A program made the position numbers and the translations under genes. A stretch of 64,000 bases of DNA from NCBI RefSeq assembly GCF_055900595.2, contig NZ_CM148325.1, one strand, 5' to 3'. Each line of letters begins with the position of its first letter. Within the stretch, counting starts at the first letter, position 1. This document shows positions 22,046 to 32,094 of the stretch, piece after piece. Under the pieces are notes generated by a model. That model worked only from the letters and a program-made list of their open reading frames with translations, had not been told where the DNA came from and ran no database searches.

Positions 22046-23992
22046 TTACTTTTTGATTTCATACAGCGGCGTTTGACCCGCCACAACATGACCCTGAGCT
22101 TTAATGATAAGGCCGCTGAAATCGTCGATATTGCTGCAAACCACCGGGCTAATCATCGAACGGGCGTTAGCGTTCAGGTAATCCAGATCCATTTCCAGAA
22201 TCGGTTGCCCTGCGCTTACTTGCGCCCCCTCTTCCACCAGACGTTTAAAGCCTTTGCCTTCCAGCGCTACGGTGTCGATACCCATATGGACGACAATCTC
22301 AGCGCCTTTTTCGGTTTCCAGGCAGAACGCGTGATTGGTGTTGAAGATTTTCACGATTGTCCCTGCGGCTGGCGATACGACGATTTTATCCGTCGGTTTC
22401 ACCGCCACACCGTCACCCACCGCTTTGCTGGCAAATGCTTCGTCAGGAACCTGATCCAGCGCCACAACATCACCGGTAATCGGCGATACCAGCTCCGCGA
22501 CAGACACCGCGTTTGGTACGGCCTGCGGTTTTGCTACAGGCACGGTAGTTGCAGGCGCAGTTTCAGCAGAGGCGGCTGCTACCGGACCACGGGCAACGAC
22601 TTTCTTCATTGCATCGCCAATGGATTCCGCTTTCGCGCCAACAATCACCTGAATAGTCTGTTTGTTCAGTTTTACCACCCCAGAAGCACCCAGACGTTTA
22701 CACATCGCATCGTTGACGCGAGCTGAGTCAGCCACCGTCAGGCGCAGACGAGTAATACAGGCGTCAATGGCTTTCAGGTTGTCAGTGCCGCCAACCGCAG
22801 CAATATAGTTGGTCGCCAGTTGATTGAGACCTTCTTCAGTGTTGCTGTTGGCTTCTTCAGTAACGATCTCGTCTTCTTTATCTTCGCGACCCGGCGTTTT
22901 CAGATTGAACATGCGGATAACCACACTGAACACCACGAAGTAGATAGCGAAGAACACAACCCCCATCACCAGCAGCATCCAGACGTTCTGGCTGGCGGCC
23001 GGCAGGTTATACATCAACGCGTAGTCGATAGCCCCCGCAGAGAAGGAGAAGCCAGCATGGATACCCAGCAGCGTTGCCACAAACAGGCTGATACCCGTCA
23101 GCAGTGCGTGCAGGAGGTACAGCAGCGGTGCAAGGAACATGAACAGGAATTCCAGCGGCTCAGTCACACCGGTCAGGAACGCAGTAACAGCAACAGAAAG
23201 CAGCATACCGCCAACCATCGGACGACGCTCTTTCGGTGCTGCGAAGTACATCGCCAGCGCCGCGCCCGGCAGACCGAACATCATAATCGGGAAGAAGCCG
23301 GACATGAACATCCCCGCGGTGCCGTCACCGGCATAGAAGCGGTTAATGTCGCCGTGGAAAACCGTACCCGCCGCGTTGGTGAATTCACCAATCTGGAACC
23401 AGGCGATGGTGTTCAGCACCTGATGCAGACCGGTTGGGATCAGCAGACGGTTGATGAAACCAAAGATACCGGAACCCAGCGCGCCCGCAGAAACGATCCA
23501 TTCGCCGCCTGCATGGATAGCGTGCTGTACCGGTGGCCAGACGTAACCAAAAATGGCCGCCAGCACCAGGCAGAAGAAGCCGGTGGCGATCGGCACAAAA
23601 CGTTTGCCGCCGAAGAAGCTCAGGAAGTCCGGCAGTTTAATATCGGACCAACGGTTATAGGCAGCACCACCGACCAGACCGGTAATGATACCCGCCAGTA
23701 CACCCATGTTAATTTCTGGGTTGATGGTCACCATCGCTTTGGTTAACACAAAGTAACCGACCGCACCCGCCAGCGCCGCCGCACCTGCGCTGTCTTTCGA
23801 CCAGCTGGATGCCACACCGATGGCGAAGATTAATGCGAGGTTATCAAAAATCGCACCGCCCGCTTGGGCAATAAACGCAACGTTAAGTAAATCTGGCTGA
23901 CCGAATCGCAGCAACAGCGCCGCCACCGGCAGCACCGCGATAGGGAGCTGTAACGCCCTACCGAGTCGCTGGAAAAAACCTAAAATATTCAT
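22046..23992 (-). CDS. nagE: PTS N-acetylglucosamine-specific EIICBA component
   Basis: 648-aa ORF: N-terminal polytopic EIIC, EIIB Cys motif region (...ITRLRLTV...) and C-terminal EIIA domain; divergent from nagB. Confidence 0.95.
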   Translation of the reverse strand: MNILGFFQRLGRALQLPIAVLPVAALLLRFGQPDLLNVAFIAQAGGAIFDNLALIFAIGVASSWSKDSAGAAALAGAVGYFVLTKAMVTINPEINMGVLAGIITGLVGGAAYNRWSDIKLPDFLSFFGGKRFVPIATGFFCLVLAAIFGYVWPPVQHAIHAGGEWIVSAGALGSGIFGFINRLLIPTGLHQVLNTIAWFQIGEFTNAAGTVFHGDINRFYAGDGTAGMFMSGFFPIMMFGLPGAALAMYFAAPKERRPMVGGMLLSVAVTAFLTGVTEPLEFLFMFLAPLLYLLHALLTGISLFVATLLGIHAGFSFSAGAIDYALMYNLPAASQNVWMLLVMGVVFFAIYFVVFSVVIRMFNLKTPGREDKEDEIVTEEANSNTEEGLNQLATNYIAAVGGTDNLKAIDACITRLRLTVADSARVNDAMCKRLGASGVVKLNKQTIQVIVGAKAESIGDAMKKVVARGPVAAASAETAPATTVPVAKPQAVPNAVSVAELVSPITGDVVALDQVPDEAFASKAVGDGVAVKPTDKIVVSPAAGTIVKIFNTNHAFCLETEKGAEIVVHMGIDTVALEGKGFKRLVEEGAQVSAGQPILEMDLDYLNANARSMISPVVCSNIDDFSGLIIKAQGHVVAGQTPLYEIKK

Positions 23993-24149
23993 CTTATTCC
24001 CCCTACGAGAACCCTATTTGGCTCGTTTAAAGCCGTATTTTTATTTTGCTGCAAATTGTACTGCCGATGTTCTGTAATCAGATTGTTAGATCATCTGCTA
24101 CAGAGTGTGTGAAAATTTAATTCGTATCGCAAATTAAACGCGTGTCTTT

Positions 24150-24165
24150 TGTGAGTTTTGTCACC
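24150..24165. promoter_or_regulatory. CRP-binding site in the divergent nagE-nagB control region
   Basis: tgtgagttttgtcacc matches the consensus TGTGA-N6-TCACA in 9 of 10 half-site positions; lies in the intergenic region known to be co-regulated by NagC and CRP. Confidence 0.6.
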
Positions 24166-24324
24166 AAATATCGTTATCATCACTCCCTTTTACTGGCTAA
24201 ACCAGAAAACTTATTTTATCATTCAAAAAATCAGGTCGGATTGACGCCTGTCTGCGCAAATCCAGGTTACGCTTAAAGATGCCTAATCCGCCAACGGCTT
24301 ACATTTTACTTACTGAGGTGAATA

Positions 24325-25125
24325 ATGAGACTGATCCCCCTGACTACCGCTGAACAGGTCGGCAAATGGGCTGCTCGCCATATCGTCAATCGTATCAATG
24401 CGTTCAAACCGACTGCCGATCGTCCGTTTGTTCTGGGCCTGCCGACTGGCGGCACGCCGATGACCACCTATAAAGCGTTAGTCGAAATGCATAAAGCAGG
24501 CCAGGTCAGCTTTAAGCACGTTGTCACCTTCAACATGGACGAATATGTCGGTCTGCCGAAAGAGCATCCGGAAAGCTACTACAGCTTTATGCACCGTAAC
24601 TTCTTCGATCACGTTGATATTCCAGCAGAAAACATCAACCTTCTCAACGGCAACGCCCCGGATATCGACGCCGAGTGCCGCCAGTATGAAGAAAAAATCC
24701 GTTCTTACGGAAAAATTCATCTGTTTATGGGCGGTGTAGGTAACGACGGTCATATTGCATTTAACGAACCGGCGTCTTCTCTGGCTTCTCGTACTCGTAT
24801 CAAAACCCTGACTCATGACACTCGCGTCGCGAACTCTCGTTTCTTTGATAACGATGTCAATCAGGTGCCAAAATATGCCCTGACTGTCGGTGTTGGTACA
24901 TTGTTGGATGCCGAAGAAGTGATGATTCTGGTGCTGGGCAGCCAGAAAGCACTGGCGCTGCAAGCCGCAGTTGAAGGTTGCGTGAACCACATGTGGACCA
25001 TCAGCTGTCTGCAACTGCATCCGAAAGCCATCATGGTGTGCGATGAACCTTCCACCATGGAGCTGAAAGTTAAGACTTTAAGATATTTCAATGAATTAGA
25101 AGCAGAAAATATCAAAGGTCTGTAA
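24325..25125 (+). CDS. nagB: Glucosamine-6-phosphate deaminase
   Basis: 266-aa [24 protein letters not shown]... Confidence 0.97.
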
Positions 25126-25143
25126 TTATTATCCCTGCCCTGA

Positions 25144-26334
<1,191 letters not shown>

Positions 26335-26342
26335 GAGAAAGT

Positions 26343-27563
26343 ATGACACCAGGCGGACAAGCTCAGATAGGTAATGTTGATCTCGTAAAACAGCTTAACA
26401 GCGCGGCGGTTTATCGCCTGATTGACCAGTACGGGCCAATCTCGCGGATTCAGATTGCCGAGCAAAGCCAGCTTGCCCCCGCCAGCGTAACAAAAATTAC
26501 GCGTCAGCTTATCGAACGCGGGCTGATTAAAGAAGTTGATCAGCAGGCCTCCACCGGGGGCCGCCGCGCTATCTCTATCGTCACCGAAACCCGCAATTTC
26601 CACGCAATCGGCGTACGGCTTGGTCGTCACGACGCCACCATCACCCTGTTTGATCTCAGCAGCAAAGTGCTGGCAGAAGAACATTACCCGCTGCCAGAAC
26701 GTACCCAGCAGACGCTGGAACATGCCCTGCTGAATGCCATTGCTCAGTTTATTGATAGCTACCAGCGCAAACTGCGCGAGCTGATCGCCATTTCCGTGAT
26801 CCTGCCAGGGCTTGTTGACCCGGACAGCGGCAAAATTCATTACATGCCGCATATTCAGGTGGAAAACTGGGGACTGGTAGAAGCACTGGAAGAACGTTTT
26901 AAAGTGACCTGTTTTGTCGGCCACGATATCCGCAGTCTGGCACTGGCAGAGCACTACTTCGGTGCAAGCCAGGATTGCGAAGACTCCATTCTGGTGCGTG
27001 TGCATCGCGGAACCGGGGCAGGGATTATCTCTAACGGGCGCATTTTTATCGGGCGCAACGGCAACGTCGGTGAAATTGGTCATATTCAGGTCGAACCGTT
27101 GGGTGAACGCTGCCACTGCGGCAACTTTGGCTGCCTGGAAACTATCGCCGCCAACGCTGCCATTGAACAACGGGTGTTGAATCTGTTAAAGCAGGGCTAC
27201 CAGAGCCGTGTGCCACTGGACGACTGCACCATCAAAACTATCTGCAAAGCCGCGAATAAAGGCGACGGTCTGGCGTCGGAAGTGATTGAATATGTTGGTC
27301 GTCATCTGGGTAAAACCATCGCCATTGCTATCAACTTATTTAATCCGCAAAAAATTGTTATTGCCGGTGAAATCACCGAAGCCGATAAAGTGCTGCTCCC
27401 TGCTATTGAAAGCTGCATTAATACCCAGGCATTGAAGGCATTTCGCACCAATCTGCCCGTGGTACGTTCTGAGCTGGATCACCGCTCGGCAATCGGCGCT
27501 TTTGCGCTGGTAAAACGCGCCATGCTCAACGGTATTTTGCTCCAGCATTTGCTGGAAAATTAA
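26343..27563 (+). CDS. nagC: NagC transcriptional regulator (ROK family)
   Basis: 406-aa ORF with an N-terminal HTH and a ROK sugar-kinase-like domain (CHCGNFGCLE zinc motif). Confidence 0.97.
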   Translation: MTPGGQAQIGNVDLVKQLNSAAVYRLIDQYGPISRIQIAEQSQLAPASVTKITRQLIERGLIKEVDQQASTGGRRAISIVTETRNFHAIGVRLGRHDATITLFDLSSKVLAEEHYPLPERTQQTLEHALLNAIAQFIDSYQRKLRELIAISVILPGLVDPDSGKIHYMPHIQVENWGLVEALEERFKVTCFVGHDIRSLALAEHYFGASQDCEDSILVRVHRGTGAGIISNGRIFIGRNGNVGEIGHIQVEPLGERCHCGNFGCLETIAANAAIEQRVLNLLKQGYQSRVPLDDCTIKTICKAANKGDGLASEVIEYVGRHLGKTIAIAINLFNPQKIVIAGEITEADKVLLPAIESCINTQALKAFRTNLPVVRSELDHRSAIGAFALVKRAMLNGILLQHLLEN

Positions 27564-27610
27564 TGTGCTTTTATAGTGGCGCTTATTGTTGTCAATATTC
27601 TGGGTAGTCC

Positions 27611-28363
27611 ATGACCATTAAAAATGTAATTTGCGATATCGACGGCGTGCTAATGCACGATAACGTCGCCGTACCGGGTGCAGCGGAATTTTTGCACGGG
27701 ATTATGGATAAAGGCCTGCCGCTGGTGTTGCTGACCAACTATCCTTCGCAGACCGGGCAAGATCTGGCGAACCGCTTTGCCACTGCGGGTGTCGATGTGC
27801 CGGACAGCGTGTTTTATACCTCCGCGATGGCGACCGCCGATTTCCTGCGTCGCCAGGAAGGCAAGAAAGCGTATGTGGTGGGCGAAGGCGCACTGATTCA
27901 TGAACTGTACAAAGCCGGTTTCACTATTACCGATGTGAACCCTGATTTTGTGATTGTTGGCGAAACGCGTTCCTACAACTGGGACATGATGCATAAAGCA
28001 GCCTATTTCGTCGCTAACGGTGCACGCTTTATCGCCACCAACCCGGACACCCACGGGCGCGGTTTTTATCCGGCCTGTGGCGCGCTATGCGCGGGGATCG
28101 AAAAAATCTCCGGACGTAAACCGTTCTATGTTGGTAAGCCGAGTCCGTGGATCATCCGCGCAGCATTAAACAAAATGCAGGCGCATTCGGAAGAAACGGT
28201 GATTGTCGGCGATAACTTGCGCACCGACATTCTGGCGGGCTTCCAGGCCGGTCTGGAGACGATTCTGGTGCTTTCTGGTGTTTCATCGCTCGACGATATC
28301 GACAGTATGCCGTTCCGCCCAAGCTGGATTTACCCGTCAGTCGCTGAAATCGACGTTATCTGA
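27611..28363 (+). CDS. nagD: UMP phosphatase NagD/UmpH (HAD superfamily)
   Basis: 250-aa ORF with the HAD motif I DIDGVL near the N-terminus. Confidence 0.95.
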   Translation: MTIKNVICDIDGVLMHDNVAVPGAAEFLHGIMDKGLPLVLLTNYPSQTGQDLANRFATAGVDVPDSVFYTSAMATADFLRRQEGKKAYVVGEGALIHELYKAGFTITDVNPDFVIVGETRSYNWDMMHKAAYFVANGARFIATNPDTHGRGFYPACGALCAGIEKISGRKPFYVGKPSPWIIRAALNKMQAHSEETVIVGDNLRTDILAGFQAGLETILVLSGVSSLDDIDSMPFRPSWIYPSVAEIDVI

Positions 28364-28399
28364 ATACCACCCACGTCTGCGGACGTGGTTGGCTCTGAT

Positions 28400-28515
28400 G
28401 ACAAACGCCAAACTGCCTGATGCGCTACGCTTATCAGGCCTACGCAGCTCCTGCAATATATTGAATTTTCATGCTTTTGTAGGCAGGATAAGGCGTTCAC
28501 GCCGCATCCGGCATG
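28400..28515. repeat. REP/BIME elements
   Basis: gcctgatgcgctacgcttatcaggcctac ... gtaggcaggataaggcgttcacgccgcatccggc between nagD and asnB. Confidence 0.8.
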
Positions 28516-28759
28516 AACAAATCGCACTTTGTCAGCAATTTGGCCCCCGTAAAATATAACCATTTAATAAAACCCGCTAAAAATTATCGATTCATCAATA
28601 AATACATCCTCACACCAGACCTTTTTTCACCAATCGACAATCACCATTACGTTTTTTATTTTCCCCCTGCCAAATCGCTTGCGCATAGTGCTGCTTTGCG
28701 GCATTTTTTTAAACAAGCAAACACAACAAGCAACAAATACCAGGTTAACGGAGAAGGTT

Positions 28760-30424
28760 ATGTGTTCAATTTTTGGCGTATTCGATATCAAAACAGACGC
28801 AGTTGAGCTGCGTAAGAAAGCACTCGAGCTGTCACGCTTGATGCGTCATCGTGGCCCGGACTGGTCCGGTATTTATGCCAGCGATAACGCCATTCTCGCC
28901 CACGAACGTCTGTCCATTGTTGACGTTAACGCGGGGGCGCAACCTCTCTACAACCAACAAAAAACTCATGTGCTGGCAGTAAACGGTGAAATCTACAACC
29001 ACCAGGCATTGCGCGCTGAATATGGCGATCGTTACCAGTTCCAGACCGGGTCTGACTGTGAAGTGATCCTCGCGCTGTATCAGGAAAAAGGGCCGGAATT
29101 TCTCGACGATTTGCAGGGCATGTTCGCTTTTGCCCTGTACGACAGCGAAAAAGATGCGTATCTGATTGGTCGCGACCATCTGGGGATCATCCCGCTATAT
29201 ATGGGCTATGACGAACACGGTCAGCTGTATGTGGCCTCAGAAATGAAAGCTCTCGTGCCAGTATGCCGCACGATTAAAGAGTTCCCGGCGGGGAGCTATT
29301 TATGGAGTCAGGACGGCGAAATCCGTTCTTATTATCACCGCGACTGGTTCGACTACGATGCGGTGAAAGATAACGTGACCGACAAAAACGAGCTGCGTCA
29401 GGCACTGGAAGATTCCGTTAAAAGCCATCTGATGTCTGATGTGCCTTACGGTGTGCTGCTTTCTGGTGGTCTGGATTCCTCAATTATTTCCGCGATCACC
29501 AAGAAATACGCCGCCCGTCGCGTGGAAGATCAGGAACGCTCTGAAGCCTGGTGGCCGCAGCTGCACTCCTTTGCTGTAGGTCTGCCGGGTTCACCGGATC
29601 TGAAGGCAGCCCAGGAAGTGGCAAACCATTTGGGCACTGTGCATCATGAAATTCACTTCACTGTACAGGAAGGTCTGGACGCCATCCGCGACGTGATTTA
29701 CCACATTGAAACCTATGATGTGACGACTATCCGCGCTTCAACACCGATGTATTTAATGTCGCGTAAGATCAAAGCGATGGGCATTAAAATGGTGCTGTCC
29801 GGTGAAGGTTCTGATGAAGTGTTTGGCGGTTATCTCTACTTCCACAAAGCGCCGAACGCTAAAGAACTGCATGAAGAGACGGTGCGCAAACTGCTGGCCC
29901 TGCATATGTATGACTGCGCGCGCGCCAACAAAGCGATGTCCGCCTGGGGCGTGGAAGCGCGCGTTCCGTTCCTCGACAAGAAATTCCTCGACGTGGCAAT
30001 GCGTATTAACCCCCAGGATAAAATGTGCGGTAACGGCAAGATGGAAAAACACATCCTGCGTGAATGTTTTGAGTCGTACCTGCCTGCAAGTGTGGCCTGG
30101 CGGCAGAAAGAGCAGTTTTCCGATGGCGTCGGTTACAGTTGGATAGACACTCTGAAAGAAGTGGCGGCGCAGCAGGTTTCTGATCAACAACTGGAAACTG
30201 CCCGTTTCCGCTTCCCGTACAACACGCCGACCTCAAAAGAAGCGTATCTGTACCGGGAGATCTTTGAAGAACTGTTCCCGCTACCGAGCGCCGCTGAGTG
30301 TGTACCGGGCGGCCCGTCCGTCGCGTGTTCTTCCGCTAAAGCGATTGAATGGGATGAGGCGTTCAAGAAAATGGACGATCCGTCTGGTCGTGCGGTTGGC
30401 GTTCACCAGTCGGCCTATAAGTAA
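28760..30424 (+). CDS. asnB: Asparagine synthetase B (glutamine-hydrolysing)
   Basis: ORF 28679-30424; start placed at MCSIFGVFDIK (Cys2 nucleophile of class II amidotransferases), 554 aa; SGGLDSS PP-loop motif. Confidence 0.97.
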   Translation: MCSIFGVFDIKTDAVELRKKALELSRLMRHRGPDWSGIYASDNAILAHERLSIVDVNAGAQPLYNQQKTHVLAVNGEIYNHQALRAEYGDRYQFQTGSDCEVILALYQEKGPEFLDDLQGMFAFALYDSEKDAYLIGRDHLGIIPLYMGYDEHGQLYVASEMKALVPVCRTIKEFPAGSYLWSQDGEIRSYYHRDWFDYDAVKDNVTDKNELRQALEDSVKSHLMSDVPYGVLLSGGLDSSIISAITKKYAARRVEDQERSEAWWPQLHSFAVGLPGSPDLKAAQEVANHLGTVHHEIHFTVQEGLDAIRDVIYHIETYDVTTIRASTPMYLMSRKIKAMGIKMVLSGEGSDEVFGGYLYFHKAPNAKELHEETVRKLLALHMYDCARANKAMSAWGVEARVPFLDKKFLDVAMRINPQDKMCGNGKMEKHILRECFESYLPASVAWRQKEQFSDGVGYSWIDTLKEVAAQQVSDQQLETARFRFPYNTPTSKEAYLYREIFEELFPLPSAAECVPGGPSVACSSAKAIEWDEAFKKMDDPSGRAVGVHQSAYK

Positions 30425-30429
30425 GAAAG

Positions 30430-30460
30430 GCGGTACTGCCCCGGAGAAATCCGGGGCTGT
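30430..30460. terminator. Putative bidirectional terminator between asnB and the convergent 145-codon ORF
   Basis: gccccgga-gaaa-tccggggc hairpin followed by tgtttc. Confidence 0.55.
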
Positions 30461-30465
30461 TTCAG

Positions 30466-30903
30466 TTATTGAGCTGCTTGTTGATTCTGATATGCAGTAA
30501 GGAAATGTTCCGGGTTTGCCACATCACTGTTTGACAACTCATCACTGTAGGCCACCGACCAGGTCGCCTGCTCATCCGGAATATGCAGGCTGCCATTCCC
30601 CTCTTTCAGGCGTAATAACTCAAAAGATTTGCCCTTAATTACGGCGGTATAGGATTTTTCACCTTCCTGTAATGCTTTCACTTTACAGCGAAAAATCTGG
30701 CCATCGATGTCATTATCAACATGCGATACCTGAATGAGGGCTTCATTAGAGGCTTTCGGCCCTATCCGCATCATCCACACCACAGCGCCTTCCTGCCCAC
30801 GATAGCCAAAAACATATTTACCGATTTCCGGTTTGACCGTATCGGCAAACGCAGATTGCATAAGTAATAACGCACCCATCAGCGCCGTCATAAAACGCAG
30901 CAT
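30466..30903 (-). CDS. Hypothetical exported protein (signal peptide plus about 125-aa mature domain), function unknown
   Basis: 145-codon ORF with a GAGGGA Shine-Dalgarno 5 nt upstream of the ATG; N-terminus MLRFMTALMGALLLMQSAFA-DT looks like a Sec signal peptide with an AXA cleavage site. No family recognised by eye. Confidence 0.6.
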   Translation of the reverse strand: MLRFMTALMGALLLMQSAFADTVKPEIGKYVFGYRGQEGAVVWMMRIGPKASNEALIQVSHVDNDIDGQIFRCKVKALQEGEKSYTAVIKGKSFELLRLKEGNGSLHIPDEQATWSVAYSDELSNSDVANPEHFLTAYQNQQAAQ

Positions 30904-31166
30904 AGTATTCCCTCAATAAATCGCCTGAAGTGGTAGCAGAGATGCAGGCGTAGCGATCCCTGCCCTGTCCTGTTGCAACGGGTCAGTATTTCATAGATTA
31001 ATTTCCTACCACTATTGTTGAATTCCGAATTTCATCCTGTATGACAAAAGAATGGCTGTAGGGTGGGGAAAAAACACAAAGTAAACAATAATTGACGAAT
31101 ATAGCGCCACGCTGTTCGCAACCTAACCAAACAGTCACTTTCGAGCAATTTTCCTTGAAAAAGAGG

Positions 31167-31195
31167 TTGACGCTGCAAGGCTCTATACGCATAAT
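31167..31195 (+). promoter_or_regulatory. Promoter of the tRNA operon (stringent-type)
   Basis: -35 ttgacg (31167-31172), 17-bp spacer, -10 cataat (31190-31195), followed by a GC-rich discriminator (gcgcccc) and preceded by an A/T-rich UP-like region. Confidence 0.6.
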
Positions 31196-31235
31196 GCGCC
31201 CCGCAACGCCGATAAGGTATCGCGAAAAAAAAGAT

Positions 31236-31312
31236 GGCTACGTAGCTCAGTTGGTTAGAGCACATCACTCATAATGATGGGGTCACAGGTTCGAATCCCG
31301 TCGTAGCCACCA
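31236..31312 (+). tRNA. metT: tRNA-Met (elongator, anticodon CAU)
   Basis: ggctacgtagctcagttggttagagcacatcactCATaatgatggggtcacaggttcgaatcccgtcgtagccacca; cloverleaf and CCA end present. Confidence 0.95.
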
Positions 31313-31322
31313 TCTTTTTTTT

Positions 31323-31407
31323 GCGGGAGTGGCGAAATTGGTAGACGCACCAGATTTAGGTTCTGGCGCCGCAAGGTGTGCGAGTTCAAGTCTCGCCTCC
31401 CGCACCA
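31323..31407 (+). tRNA. leuW: tRNA-Leu (anticodon UAG)
   Basis: gcgggagtggcgaaattggtagacgcaccagattTAGgttctgg... long variable arm ...tcgcctcccgcacca. Confidence 0.93.
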
Positions 31408-31430
31408 TTCACCAGAAAGCGTTGTACGGA

Positions 31431-31505
31431 TGGGGTATCGCCAAGCGGTAAGGCACCGGTTTTTGATACCGGCATTCCCTGGTTCGAATCCAGGTACCCC
31501 AGCCA
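31431..31505 (+). tRNA. glnU: tRNA-Gln (anticodon UUG)
   Basis: tggggtatcgccaagcggtaaggcaccggtttTTGataccgg...ccccagcca. Confidence 0.93.
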
Positions 31506-31539
31506 TCTTCTTCGAGTAAGCGGTTCACCGCCCGGTTAT

Positions 31540-31614
31540 TGGGGTATCGCCAAGCGGTAAGGCACCGGTTTTTGATACCGGCATTCCCTGGTTCGAATCC
31601 AGGTACCCCAGCCA
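31540..31614 (+). tRNA. glnW: tRNA-Gln (anticodon UUG), second copy
   Basis: Identical 75-nt sequence to 31431-31505. Confidence 0.93.
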
Positions 31615-31629
31615 TCGAAGAAACAATCT

Positions 31630-31706
31630 GGCTACGTAGCTCAGTTGGTTAGAGCACATCACTCATAATGATGGGGTCACAGGTTCGAATCCCGTCGTAG
31701 CCACCA
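31630..31706 (+). tRNA. metU: tRNA-Met (elongator, anticodon CAU), second copy
   Basis: Identical to the metT sequence. Confidence 0.93.
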
Positions 31707-31754
31707 AATTCTGAATGTGTCGAATACGTTCGGCAAATTCACAAACCAATTTGT

Positions 31755-31829
31755 TGGGGTATCGCCAAGCGGTAAGGCACCGGATTCTGATTCCGGCATT
31801 CCGAGGTTCGAATCCTCGTACCCCAGCCA
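31755..31829 (+). tRNA. glnV: tRNA-Gln (anticodon CUG)
   Basis: tggggtatcgccaagcggtaaggcaccggattCTGattccgg...ccccagcca. Confidence 0.93.
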
Positions 31830-31866
31830 ATTTATTCAAGACGCTTACCTTGTAAGTGCACCCAGT

Positions 31867-31941
31867 TGGGGTATCGCCAAGCGGTAAGGCACCGGATTCT
31901 GATTCCGGCATTCCGAGGTTCGAATCCTCGTACCCCAGCCA
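31867..31941 (+). tRNA. glnX: tRNA-Gln (anticodon CUG), second copy
   Basis: Identical to the glnV sequence. Confidence 0.93.
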
Positions 31942-31950
31942 CATTAAAAA

Positions 31951-31974
31951 AGCTCGCTTCGGCGAGCTTTTTGC
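31951..31974 (+). terminator. Intrinsic terminator of the tRNA operon
   Basis: agctcgc-ttcg-gcgagct hairpin followed by ttttt. Confidence 0.8.
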
Positions 31975-32009
31975 TTTTCTGCGTATATTCAATGTCGAAT
32001 GCGATGTTG

Positions 32010-32090
32010 ACACGTCTTATTCTTCAAAGTCGGATGCGACGCTGATGCGTCTTATCCGACCTACAGTTGGCATGCATCCGGCAATGTTGT
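32010..32090. repeat. REP elements
   Basis: cggatgcgacgctgatgcgtcttatccgacctac and related palindromic units between the tRNA operon and ubiF. Confidence 0.7.
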
Positions 32091-32094
32091 AAGG

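Noticed and set aside
20737-23746. Long antisense ORFs opposite glnS (20737-21579) and nagE (22073-22726, 22820-23746)
   Set aside because: Overlap well-supported genes on the other strand; His/Arg-rich, repetitive translations; no independent evidence.
28386-31235. Possibility that asnB plus the small exported ORF form a tRNA-integrated genomic island
   Set aside because: No integrase, no direct repeat of a tRNA 3' end. asnB is core and in its conserved position next to nagD, and the tRNAs are transcribed away from it. Only the small ORF at 30466-30903 looks variable.
31236-31941. Possible CRISPR-like or tandem repeat array suggested by recurring peptides in the ORF track (e.g. MAGVPGFEPGNAGIKNRCLTAWRYP twice)
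   Set aside because: The repeats are duplicated tRNA genes (tRNA-Gln and tRNA-Met copies) with cloverleaf structure and CCA ends, not CRISPR repeats; no cas genes or uniform spacers.
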